The notes beneath the pieces are model-generated. The model searched no databases and had not been told where the DNA came from. It worked only from the letters and a program-made list of their open reading frames with translations. A program made the translations under genes and the position numbers. Of a stretch of 64,000 nucleotides of DNA, positions 1-11,669 are shown piece after piece. Within the stretch, counting starts at the first letter, position 1. Each line of letters begins with the position of its first letter. Source of the DNA: the human T2T-CHM13v2.0 reference genome, Homo sapiens; NCBI RefSeq assembly GCF_009914755.1, contig NC_060931.1; one strand, given 5' to 3'.

Positions 1-452
1 ATTACACAATTCAAGTATGTCAAAATTAAGCTAAGAGTAGAAAGAGAGTAAATGTGCATATCCTGTTCCCATACCTGAAAGTTTCCTTTGCCCAAATTTT
101 CCTTGGGAATTCAGAGTTACAAAGGATGTAACTGTTAACATAGATTTTTAAAAAAGTAATGCTATAAATTTTTTCCTAAACAATTATCCCTATCTCAAAA
201 ACTATCTTTACCTAGAACTTAAAAAAAAAACACAAAAAAGTTACTATTTTTATAATTAGATCTGAAAAAATCATTCCCTACTGAAGTATTTTCAAAGATT
301 ACTAATAAAAGAAACTATCTGAATGTTTTACTAGTCAGCACAGATTACATCTAATAGAAACACCAGGGATAATTAAGAATCTACAGTCAGCCCAATAAAA
401 AATAACTTTTTGACAATCTTTTGAAGAAGAAATAAATGATGCTGGTAGAAAG

Positions 453-928
453 TGATGGGGTTCAAGACACACTACTCCAAAATTTGGGACCTGGTATTTG
501 AGAAAACCTAGGAAGGTCACACACTGATCTGTCTCCTTCTCCTGCGAAGCAGGCCATAAGACCCCCATCCAAGGGTGCCCCCCGCAACCCACCCAGAGGA
601 GAAGCACATGTTTATCTCCGGAGACACGAGGACACTGAGAAGAATATGAACAGGCCTTGCTAAATCCCCCCGGTTTATAATCATTAGATCACACCCCTGT
701 CTTCCAATCATACTTCCCACTACTGTCCACTCTTCAACAAACCAGAGCATAAAAGTACACAGCTTTTTCTGTTTCTTTGGTCTTCTTTATTTCTGAAGAC
801 CCCTGTGATATGTAAAACTTATCTTAAATAAGTTTGTCAGCTTTTCTCTTATTAATCTTTTGTTATAGGCATCTCAGCCATGAACCTTCCAATAGGTTAG
901 AAAAAGGTATTACTTCTTCTCCCCTACA
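453..928 (+). mobile_element. ERV1-class solo LTR (MER34/MER39-like)
   Basis: Begins TGATGGGGTTCAAGACACACTACTCCAAAA and ends CCCCTACA (TG...CA); resembles the MER34/39 consensus start. Confidence 0.7.
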
Positions 929-1688
929 GAAGCTTATTGATCAACAGAGATAATACTTTGGAATTATGCTATCTCAAGAGAAGCCATGTAGGAAGGATTA
1001 AGAGTATCTAATTTTTTTACACAATTATACAGGGATCTCCTATGACGTACAAGTCATTCTCCACTAAGCACTAAGGGGGATGGGTACAAAAATATACTAT
1101 AGGGCTTGGGACTTGTTTTGTTGGTATAGTAAAATGGGTTAAAAGTGACTAGGAAGTCAGTATAGTAAGCGACTTCCTGTTCTATCAGTGGGTTTGGGTA
1201 TAAAACTAAAGAAAAAGATAAGACTGTACATGGCAAAGGGTAGTTTCTTGTCTGTCTGTAGGATGAGGCACCTGGAGCATGATGGTGGGCTTGTACTCAT
1301 GGAGAAGAGGCTGTAAGTGAATACAACAATGGCAATAACAGATGGCACAAGGTCCTGGAAAGACTCAGGTGGGGGGATCTGAATCAAGACTATGGCTAAA
1401 GGAATTTCATATAGCTAAATGAATTTCAGTAAAATCAAGATAAACTCTGATAAGAAATCTAAAAGGAAATTCCAACACTTGAAAAAAGGCCCTGTCAATC
1501 CAAAGTAAAAAATTAGAAACAAAAATCACAGTTTATATTTTAAAGGCTCTTTGCATAAAGAAATTCATACAACTTGAAGTATATACATGCACAAAGGTGA
1601 ATGTTTTCATTTGCTTACTTGAAATACTCAGGGTATAGACATAGAATACTTTTGCAAAAGAAAGACATTTTAAAGGATTTTACTTTAC

Positions 1689-1766
1689 CCTTGTTCCTTT
1701 TGGCATTGCTGTTTCATCAACCAATAGGCAAAGAATATTACAAGCCACCAAGAGGACCGAGATGGA
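1689..1766 (-). CDS. LMBR1: LMBR1 exon 12 (78 nt): SISVLLVACNILCLLVDETAMPKGTR
   Basis: tttgtcttgtag|TCCATC ... ACAAGG|gtaaag. Phase 0-0. Confidence 0.97.
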
Positions 1767-2402
1767 CTACAAGACAAACAGCAAACTGTCAGCTCTCAAG
1801 ATTTTTCACCAATACAAAATATTAAAATCTAGGTAACCAAATACACGTTTCAGAATAGAGGGAAAGCAGTCAAGACCAAAACGCTATATATAAAACTAAA
1901 GTAATCAGACTACAAACAAGAACTGAAGAAATTCTAAAAGATTCTGCAAGTTATTGTCATTTCAAAGCTTGTGACAAAAGCTGGTAGTATATAGATCCTT
2001 TTACTAAGTGATCTCACCAATTGGAAACACACAACTCCACAGACTTAAAAAAGTGGTAAAATATTATCAGAACTAACTTCATAATGTAATTTTCATATTT
2101 TATCACAGAATTTAAAGCAGGTTATCTGCAACACCTTGTTTTCTTAATTTTCAATGAAAACAAAGACTGAATTTCCTGCTTTCATGAAGAAACAGATAAT
2201 CTTCAGAATTTTTTTTAAATTGCCATTAATTTCCATTTTTGCTTTATTGGATTTTCATAAATAAAGGCATAGATGGATTTTAATCCTGTTGATAGAAAAC
2301 TAGTTTATGAAAAACCATTTAGCTGAGGGAGCTGCCATACTCAAATGCTGAAGTAAATAAAATATAATTTGCTTTTATTTAACTAGGCAAATAAATTCTT
2401 AC

Positions 2403-2479
2403 TGTCTCAATAAGAAGGAGAACCATAACAGCGGGATACACCAAATTTCTTTCCCATGCTGAAGCCTTTTTTCGCCTCT
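2403..2479 (-). CDS. LMBR1: LMBR1 exon 11 (77 nt): (E)RRKKASAWERNLVYPAVMVLLLIET
   Basis: cttttaatag|AGAGGCGA ... GAGACA|gtaaga. Phase 1-0. Confidence 0.97.
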
Positions 2480-2621
2480 CTATTAAAAGGAAAAACAAAA
2501 TAAAACAAAGTTTTCTCCAAATTAACATTTTCCTTCCATAATGCTATAATCTGTTTTTTACATAATTTCTTTTTAAAAAACATAAATTACTTTTAATTTT
2601 CCTCCATAAACTAAAAAAACT

Positions 2622-2902
2622 ACAGATAGGGCCTTGCTCTGTCACCCAGGCTAGAGCACAATGGTATAGCCGCAGCTCACTGCAACCTCCTAGGCTCAAG
2701 TGATCCTCCCATCTCAACCACCCAAGTAGCTGGGACTACAGATACATGCCACCATGCCTGGCTAATTTTTTTATTTATTTTTTGTGGAGACAGGTTCTTG
2801 CTATGTTGCCCAGGCTGGTCTTGAACTCCTGGGCTCAAACGATCCTCCCCGCTCAGCTTCCTAACATGGTGAGATTACAGGCACGAACTACGATACCCAG
2901 AC
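2622..2902 (-). mobile_element. Alu (AluJ-like)
   Basis: Reverse-complement Alu dimer, diverged. Confidence 0.9.
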
Positions 2903-3042
2903 AAAAATCAGAGTTTTAAAACCAGTTTGCTACATTAAACACCTCAATCCTGTGATGCATAAATTTCAGCTCTGTGAAGACATCTCAATCATTAAGGAAA
3001 TATATTGTTGATATACAGCTGACTCTGAAAATACAGACATAC

Positions 3043-3146
3043 AGTAGGCCTTCTATAGCCACAGGTTCTGCAATAATTTTCTACCATATGTGGATTTTGG
3101 TACCCATGGGGGTTCTGAAACCAGTCCCCCACGAATACTGAGGGCT
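3043..3146 (-). mobile_element. TcMar-Tigger MER2-like DNA transposon remnant
   Basis: ggattttggtacccatgggggttctgaaaccagtcccccacgaatactgaggg resembles the MER2 terminus. Confidence 0.6.
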
Positions 3147-3215
3147 ATATTTGTATTTCATATAGATCTACATATTGATATATATATATATATCTGAATG
3201 AATAAAGTTATATGA

Positions 3216-3531
<316 letters not shown>

Positions 3532-4415
3532 CCCTTCTATTTTCCCAAAGATAAGCACTTCTAGTTTTCTAAAGGCTGGAAGCAAACTTCTACTTTTACC
3601 TATAACACCAATCCTCATGCTAAGAACAAGAAGAAAAGATAAATCAAACTTAATTTTTAAAAAATCTGTATGAACGTATCAGAGAGCTATCAAGACAATG
3701 AAAATTGAGGGGCCAATATTCTGTGAAGTAAACTGAGCTAAGACCTCCAATTTGTACTACACCTTCTTCTGCAAGACATTTCCCAATATATAAATGGCAT
3801 GGACCCAAGAGGTTGAGAAATCAATGGGTAAAAGGCAATGATTCTAAAGCAAACCTTTCAGCAAACTCAACAGAGCCAAGAGGACAGACATTGGCATTTG
3901 GGGCTACCAATGCAGTCAAAACTTGAGAGGCTATGATCATACAGAAAAGAAAAGGGCAAAGAAGTGAACCTGGCAGACAGTGCCACTTTCCCTTCAAGAC
4001 ACCAGTGGCTAAGAGGCCAAGAAGAACAACAGAAAGATGCAACTATGAGGCTGAGAAGCCAAGCAAAGCTTCTGTCAGGCTCATGTTTCTTGAGAGGTAA
4101 AAACTAAAATTCATTAAGAAAATGAGGTCATAGTCAATAACTAATGAACTAGGCTTTCAATTAGGACCAATGAAAAGCTATATCCTAGTATGAAGGAAGG
4201 ACAAAGTGGAAATGGACCGGTCGTCATAAAGACTGAAGCCTGGCCTTGAATGATCTCAAGCCTAATGGATTAGACTGATACGTCCCTACCGTAACTGTCT
4301 ACCAGAAGCAAAAGTACATCCTCCCAAAAAGAAGAAAACACCATGCAGAGTTTCTATAGTTTTGTATAAGAAATATCTGGCATTCAATTAAACATTACCA
4401 GATATGGGAAAAAGA

Positions 4416-4713
4416 GGCCAGGCACGGTGGCTCACGCCTGTAATCCCAGGACTTGGAAGGCCAAGGCAGGCCAATCACGAGGTCAAGAGTTTGAGACCAG
4501 CCTGGCCAACATGGTAAAACCCCGTCTCTACTAAAAATACAAAAAATTAGCCAGGCATGGTGGCATGCACCTGTAATCCCAGTTACTCGGGAGGCTGAGG
4601 CAAGAGAATCACTTGAACCATGAGGTGGAGGTTGCAGTGGACTGAGATCAGGCCACTGCACTCCAGCCTGGGCAACAAGAGCGAAACTCCATTTCATAAA
4701 TAAATAAATAAAT
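4416..4713 (+). mobile_element. Alu (AluS)
   Basis: Full dimer with (TAAA)n tail, inserted in old L1. Confidence 0.95.
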
Positions 4714-6620
4714 GGAAAAAGAGGGAAAAAAAAAGACAATGGAAACAGACCTCCAGGTGATCCATGTATTGGATTTATCAGAAAGATGCTTTAAAATAAA
4801 TGATTAACATATTCAATAAAATAAGTGATAAATGGAAAATTTTGCAAGTAAATTTAAATCTATAAAAAATAAACAGAAAATCTAGAACTGAAAAATAATG
4901 TAACTAAAGTGAAGAATTCAATAGTTTTAACAATAGTTATGACATAGCTGAAAGAAAGCAAAATGGAAGACAGACCAGGAGAAAATATCAGACTGAAGCA
5001 TGAAGATAAAAAGGAGATAAATACAGAAAAGAATATAAGAATGAAAAAGCCTAGCATGTGTGTAACTGCAGCCTGAGGAAATAAGAGAGAATGGAGCAGA
5101 AGCAATATCTGATAAGACAATGGCCAAGATTTTCCCAAATAGATAAAAGACATCAAGCCACAGTATCATGAAGTGACACATAGATTTCAAGAAAGATAAA
5201 TACAAAGAAAACCAAATCTAAGCATGTCAGAGTAAAATTGCTAAACAAAGACAAAAGGAAAATCTTTAAAGCCCTTTGAAAGAGCAACAACATGACTTTT
5301 AACAAGAAACCAGAAGACAGTAGAACAACATCTTTCCAATGCTGATAGCTACCAAACAAAAATTTTTAGTATGTTTTCCAATAAACAAAAACTGACAGAA
5401 TCTATTGCCAGCAAACCTGTGTTTTTCAAACAGAAGCTAAATGAACATTAGAAATGTAAAAATAAAAATACAAATCAGGAACATATGAATTAGAATACCA
5501 AAGAAACACCACTTCACATCCACTAAGTCAGTAAAAATTTTAAAGTCCAACATTGTCAAGTATAATACTCATGCCCAGCAGGAATGCAAACTAATACAAC
5601 TATGTGAGAAAACTATTTGGCTTTATCTACAAAAGTTGCACAGGCACATATACAATGATCTTGTAATTCCATATCTAGTATGTACCCTGAAAAAACATAT
5701 ATACCAAGAGTTACATACCAGAATGATTATAACAACATTATTTGTAACAGCAAAAAACTAGAAGCAAATCTAATATCCACCAACAGCAGGATGACTGAAG
5801 TAACTTCAGGAAATATTATTAACAGAAATGAAAATAAATGAACATCGTATTTGATTTTCAAGAACATAACACTGGACTTCCACTTCTGAAGCTGCGGCAA
5901 CAACAGGGACCAGGTTTGTCATCCAGCTTGAAACAATTAAGAAACCAAAAAGTACACAGATAATGAAACAACAGTTTTCAAGACACTGGACATCTGATCG
6001 TGGAAGAACAATGATGCCTGAGACACAGGAAACAAACCACACAAGCCCTTTCTGACCCAGCTTACTGTCTTGAGAGTTTCCAGGCCGTGATGCAGGAAGG
6101 AGGAACACAAGCTGAGCCCAGCTCATCCCTTGAGTTGAGAGCATGAAATGGGAATCTGGGGAGACTATGTCAGCTGGAGTCTGTGCAGCAAAGTGCCAGA
6201 CAGGAGACTGAAGCACAGAAAAAGAACTCCAAGGATCTGCAAAGAGTCACCCTTGAGTATTCAGTAAAGAATTCATAAAAAATTCTCAAGTATATCGGCT
6301 CAGGCATGTGAAGAAACAACCCAGGGCTAAAGAAAGAACCACCCCAAAATATGAAAAGAAACAGCACTCAACAATCACAAAAGGCCAAAAATAGTTGCTT
6401 CTTCCACAAGACAGTACAGAATGTCATCAATCACAGGACATTGGATAGAATCTGTGGAAGGGTCTTGCCTGAGCAGTGGGGAATACTTAACCCTAGAGGC
6501 AATGATCCCCTGGTCCAGCCTAAAAAGTCTTCAGAACAAGATACAATAATATCAAACTGTTTCCAAGTAACTTAACTGCATTTCAGAACAAAGTTCCTCA
6601 CTTACACAGCTACTATAAGT

Positions 6621-6930
6621 GGCCAGGCATCGTGGCTCATGCCTGTAATCCCAGTACTTTGGGAGGCTGACGTGGGCAGAACACTTGAGCCCAGGAGTTT
6701 GAGATCAGCATGGCCAACATGGCAAAACCCCAACTCTACCAAAAACACAAAAAATTAGCAAGCTGTGGTGGCATGCACCTGTGGTCCCAGCTACTCAGGA
6801 GGCTGAAGTGGGAGGATCACATGAGCCGGGGAGGCGGAGGTTGCAGTGAGTTGAGATCGCACCATTGCACTCTAGCCTGGGCGACAGAGTGAGACTCTGT
6901 CTTAAAAAACAAAACAAAACAAAACAAAAA
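6621..6930 (+). mobile_element. Alu (AluJ-like)
   Basis: Full dimer with (AAAAC)n tail. Confidence 0.93.
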
Positions 6931-7935
6931 GAAATACTATAAGTGAGGCACCCAACAAGGGTAAAATCTCACCTGACAAGGTAAAATTCAAAATACCTAT
7001 TTTCTAATCAAAAGTTTCCAGGCATGCAAAGAAGCACGAAAATACCAGTGATTATGAGGTAAAAAAATCAATCAATCAAAACATATCAAGAACTAACACA
7101 AATGTTAGAAGTAGCAGACAAAAACATTGTAAGTGTTGTCATAACTATATTCTATATTTTCACAAAGAGGGAGGACACAGATTGAACGTGTTAGAGACAT
7201 AATAGAAGATACAAAACAGGCCCAAACAGGCCCCCAGAGATGAAAACTGCAGATGGTAGAAAAACAAAAAAAAAGCAAAAACCACTAGATGAGATTAAAG
7301 GCAGATTAGACATGCACAAGATTGGTGAAAGTGAAGACACAGCTATAGACGCTAATCAAAATGAAATACAGCAAGAAAAAAACTGAAAAATAAAGGAACA
7401 TCCTTCAGCTATAGCCTAAAATACATGTAACTGGAGTCCCTGAAAAGGGAAGCATGAGGGGAAAAGAAAAAATATTTGGAGAAGTAATGGTCAAAAAATT
7501 TCCAAATTAGTTGAAAACTATAACCTCCTAGCTCTAAGAAGCATGAAGAAAACTACTCTGAGGTGTATCACAATCAAATTGTTCAAAATCAACAATAAAG
7601 ACATCTTAAAAGCAGATACAGAAAAAAGACACATTAAAAGATAAGTATGACAGATGACTTGTTGGAAATAATGCAAGTGAGAAGGCAATGGAGCAACATC
7701 TTTGAACCTTTGAACCTTTGAAAAGTCATTTTGTATATATATAAAACCAAAAAAAGTGAATAAATGTAAACTTATCCTCTCCCCAAACTGTAAGATAGTC
7801 TTTATTAATGATTTTGGGCAGGTCAAAAGTTTTAACATAAAGATTTCATAAATTTTCTAATATTTCAGACTACAGTAAAGTCTTTAATAAGAAACCAAGG
7901 CCAATACACAAGTCAAGAAAAAAAAAGTACAATAC

Positions 7936-8016
7936 CTAATTTTGTCTTAAGAGTCTTTACATTTTCAAGTTCTTGTTCCAACTCCATTATGTTGTATTCC
8001 ACCGATGAAGACAGCC
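7936..8016 (-). CDS. LMBR1: LMBR1 exon 10 (81 nt): (G)LSSSVEYNIMELEQELENVKTLKTKL
   Basis: tttgaacag|GGCTGTCT ... AAATTAG|gtattg. Phase 1-1. Confidence 0.97.
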
Positions 8017-8217
8017 CTGTTCAAAGCAAAAAATATTTAGAAGTAAAACAGAACCCCTAACACTATAGAACAGGTAGCCCTTTAATTAAAATCTAAAATA
8101 ACACATGGCAAATCCTGCTAATCAAAAATAACAAGAAATGTTGCTGTGATTCAGAGGAAAGCACATCCATATATTTACCAATTAAAACTTCTTGCTGATT
8201 AAACACTACACGTTTCC

Positions 8218-8420
8218 ACAGAGTGATATAATGGACTATGGAGAGTCAGAAGGGAGAGGGTTGGGATGGAGGCAAGGGATAAAAAACGACATATTGGGTA
8301 CAACGTATGCTACTCCAGTGATGGGTACATTAAAATCTCAGATCACACCACTATACATCCATGTAACCCAAAACCACCGGTACCACAAAACCTATTGAAA
8401 TAAGAATATTAAAAATAAAT
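8218..8420 (+). mobile_element. L1PB/L1MA 3' end fragment
   Basis: atattgggtacaacgtatgctactccagtgatggg...catgtaacccaaaaccac...tattgaaataa. Confidence 0.75.
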
Positions 8421-9628
8421 GCTACATGTTTCCTAGAAAATTTCTTAACGTGGTAAAGTTCTAATTTGATCTATTAATAATCTTTTCTTAATTACAAAAG
8501 CAACTTGGGCTTACTATAGAAAGTGAAAAAAATCAAGATCTTCTCTTCTCTATCTCACCTCCTTAAAATGACAATTGTGAACAGCTTGGCTGATGCTTCC
8601 ATACCTTTCTTCACATTCAGAAGCACATTCACACATACATATGTATCATATGCATGGTTTTTATTACATGTTTTACACGAATGGGGTCAGACCTACTACT
8701 TTACCATTTGCTTTCCTAGTCAATTATATGTCCAAGTTGACAGCTGAATAACATTCCATAGTACAGATGTACTACAACTTTATTCCCTTTACACATATTC
8801 AAGTTTTCAACTTTTTGCCACTAGAAACAGTGTTGCAATAAACATTCTTGTATGCCCATCCAGTACATTTTGGTTCTAATTATTTCTGTAAGACAGATTC
8901 CCAAAACTTAGATTGCTGAGTAGGGTATGAACATTTATAGAAGGTTACTTCCCCCAAATATTGTAATAACTTAAACTATTGTAATAATTTACATTTCTAT
9001 CAATAGCTTTGAAAGTATCTATTTTCCAGTATCGTCTTCAGCACTGGATGTTATAACTCTTGAATTCTACCAATGTGATGGGTGGAAAATGTTTTCTTCC
9101 TGTTACTTTAACATGCATTTCCCTAAATGTGGTTGGACATATTTCTATGCATTTATCACCTGAATTTTCCCTATTCCTGTTTTCTGCTTGTTTCTCTAAT
9201 GGTGGATCTTCGTATTCTTTATATTTTACCTGTTAAATTCTGAAACAGAGAAATTAAAATACCCACTACAACTGTACTTTAAGTTCTCTCAGTTTTTAAG
9301 AGTGGTGTTTTTTTTTTTTTTTCATTATGCAATTGTATTTGACTGCTGAGACTGGGAGGTTCTGTTTGCTAGGGTTTTTTTGTTTTTGTTTTTGTTTTTC
9401 ATCCTAGACTGTTACATCTTCCTTATGAATCATATATTTTATCATTTCATAATGACCCTGTTTGTTTCTAATGCCTTTCAACTTAAATTCTGTTTTGTGG
9501 ATTTTAAGTTCTGCTTTCTTTTTGTTTTTACCTATCTTGCTTGCTTACTTACATACATTTATACACACACCTTTCATTTTAATCTTTCTTTTTCTCTTAT
9601 CCAGCTGAATCTTATTGGAGGTTTCAAC

Positions 9629-10030
9629 TGTATCAGTTAGAGTTCATTGGCTATAGGCAACTGAAATAGACTCACTAGTTAAAACAGAAAAGGAATTCGT
9701 AAGATAGAACCAGTAGGAAAATTTTCCAGTAAAGAAAGTAGAGCAAATGGGTAGCGAAGAGGTCCAGGTGGCAGAACAGATGGACAGTTTCCTCATATTG
9801 TAATAGCTGGGATGACTCAGTCCCGAGTACTCCCAGTCTGTATGTCACTATGAGGAAGAATAAAAGTCTAGGAAGCAGACGTCCTAATGGCATAGCTTAG
9901 AGTCACATGTCAGTTTCTTGGAGAGCCGTGAACTTTGATGAGCAGTTCTGCCAATCTCATCTAACCGGGGAAATCCGCAAATCCAAATCAGGTACTTTAC
10001 TAGAAGAAAGGGCAATAGATGCTTGTAGCA
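9629..10030. mobile_element. Old MaLR (MLT1-type) LTR
   Basis: tgtatcagttagagttcattggctataggcaactgaaatagactc start, typical of old MLT1 LTRs. Confidence 0.55.
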
Positions 10031-10256
10031 AAAATGATAAATACAGGTTGAATAATCCAATCTGATAAACTGTTCTTTAACAGTCAAATTCAGCCCATTT
10101 ACACTTAGTAAAATATAGAGCTTGCATTCAGTATTATTTAGTATAATAGCTGATAAACTTTATTTTATACTTTCTATACTACTTAAGTGATTTTTTTAAA
10201 GGTTTTATCTTTATCAAGATGAAGCATGCACATAGCTCAAAGTGTCAAACACATAC

Positions 10257-10379
10257 GTGGGTTTGCTATCATGTCTCCTCCCTCCTGAATCCATTTTCCC
10301 AAAAGTAGCTGTCCAGCTTGTTCTTCTGGCACTTGTCTTCCTGTTGCAACTTCTGGATTTCCCGCACAAAGCATTCCCA
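10257..10379 (-). CDS. LMBR1: LMBR1 alternative in-frame cassette exon between exons 9 and 10 (123 nt, +41 aa): VGMLCAGNPEVATGRQVPEEQAGQLLLGKWIQEGGDMIANP(R)
   Basis: Acceptor cttgtgtcctcacctgccacag|TGGGAATG, donor CCCAC|gtatgt. Length divisible by 3, phase 1-1 like intron 9, no stop (ORF track 10237..10425). Consistent with my recollection of a longer ~531-aa isoform, which I cannot verify here. Confidence 0.8.
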
Positions 10380-10849
10380 CTGTGGCAGGTGAGGACACAA
10401 GTGTCTGAGCCACACACCTCTTCACTCCTCCCTTTCTCTCAATATGGCCATAATGCTCATTTTAGCTAGATTGATATTCAATGTCTACATTATTATAACA
10501 ACCAAAATGCCTATCCACATAGCAAACTATGACCAGCTTTCCTTCTTTCCTTAACATTCTTCCCACCCCTAGAATTAGCAATAATTTTTCTTTTACTTAA
10601 TTTTCTATGTACTTAACACAAATTCAAACCCAAAACATCCTGCCAAAGGTCTTTATTTTCTCCTGGTTTTTCTATTCCTCAGTTATACTATCAACTTCAC
10701 TCTCTTGAAGAAATTTCCCCCAGTGTCTTTAGACCTGCCCACCCCAGATGGACTGCCCTCTGTGCCTCCTGCACCCTTTCACCCCGGGACTGCCTGCCCG
10801 CGTCTCCTGTGGAGCATCTCTTGTTTCCTACGCAGCCCGTATCTTTTCT

Positions 10850-11665
10850 TGATTTACTCCCTTGCTTCGATGGTGTGTATCCTCCAGTGGCTTGCTAAGA
10901 AAAGGTGAATGTGAGGTAAATTTTTAAAGACTATACAAGTCTGAATACTGTACCTTTGCTCTTACATTATAGTTTGATTAAGTATAAAAAATCAAGGTCA
11001 AAACTAATTCTCCTTCAGAATTCTGAAGGCATTGCTTCATTGTCTTCCTGCTTCTAGATTTGCTTTTGAGAAGTCTGAAGCTATTCTTATTCCTGTCTTT
11101 TTGAATGTGAGCTGCTTGTCATTTCCCTTTTAAACTATGTAGGATCTTTGTCCCCAGTGTTCTTGATGAGAGTCCATTTTCATGTACTGTGTTGGGCACT
11201 AGATGATCCCTTTCAATCTCCAAATTCATGTCCTTTAGATCTGGGAAATCTTCATTTTGTCATTTCCTCCACCACATTTTCTCTCCTCAATTTGGAACTC
11301 CTCTAAGTTGGACACTGGATCTCCTGAGCTGGTTCTCTAATATTCTTAACTATTCTCTCCTATTTTACCTATTTTTGCCATTTTGACCTATCTTCTGTAA
11401 AAGTTCTTTATCTTCTAATCTTTTTGCTATGTTATTTCTAAATTTCAAGGATCCTTTTCTGCTCACTGAATATCCCATTTTTATGGAACCTGGTCTTTCT
11501 CATGAATGTCATCTCTATCTCTGCCAGGATATTGACGGATTTGTTTTGAGACATTCTTCTCCCATGCATATTTCATCTCCTCCAAGCTCTCCTGTTTGAT
11601 GCATATGGGAGGCTTTCCTTGGATATGTGGTGAGCCTTAGTTGTCTGCTCATATTTAAGACTGAA
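10850..11665 (-). mobile_element. Old L1ME-like ORF1-region fragment
   Basis: T-rich antisense L1 sequence (ttctgaaggcattgcttcattgtcttc...ttgagaagtctgaagc). Confidence 0.65.
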
Positions 11666-11669
11666 GCAG

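Larger units (their letters stand above)
4330..7730 (+). mobile_element. Old L1M fragments (ORF1/5' and 3' pieces), interrupted by Alus
   Basis: A-rich L1 ORF1-like sequence (gaaaatctagaactgaaaaataatgtaact..., aaattgctaaacaaagacaaaaggaaaatctttaaag). Confidence 0.7.

Noticed and set aside
7701-7722. (TTTGAACC)x3 and other micro-duplications (e.g. 47280-47308)
   Set aside because: Ordinary slippage within decayed L1.
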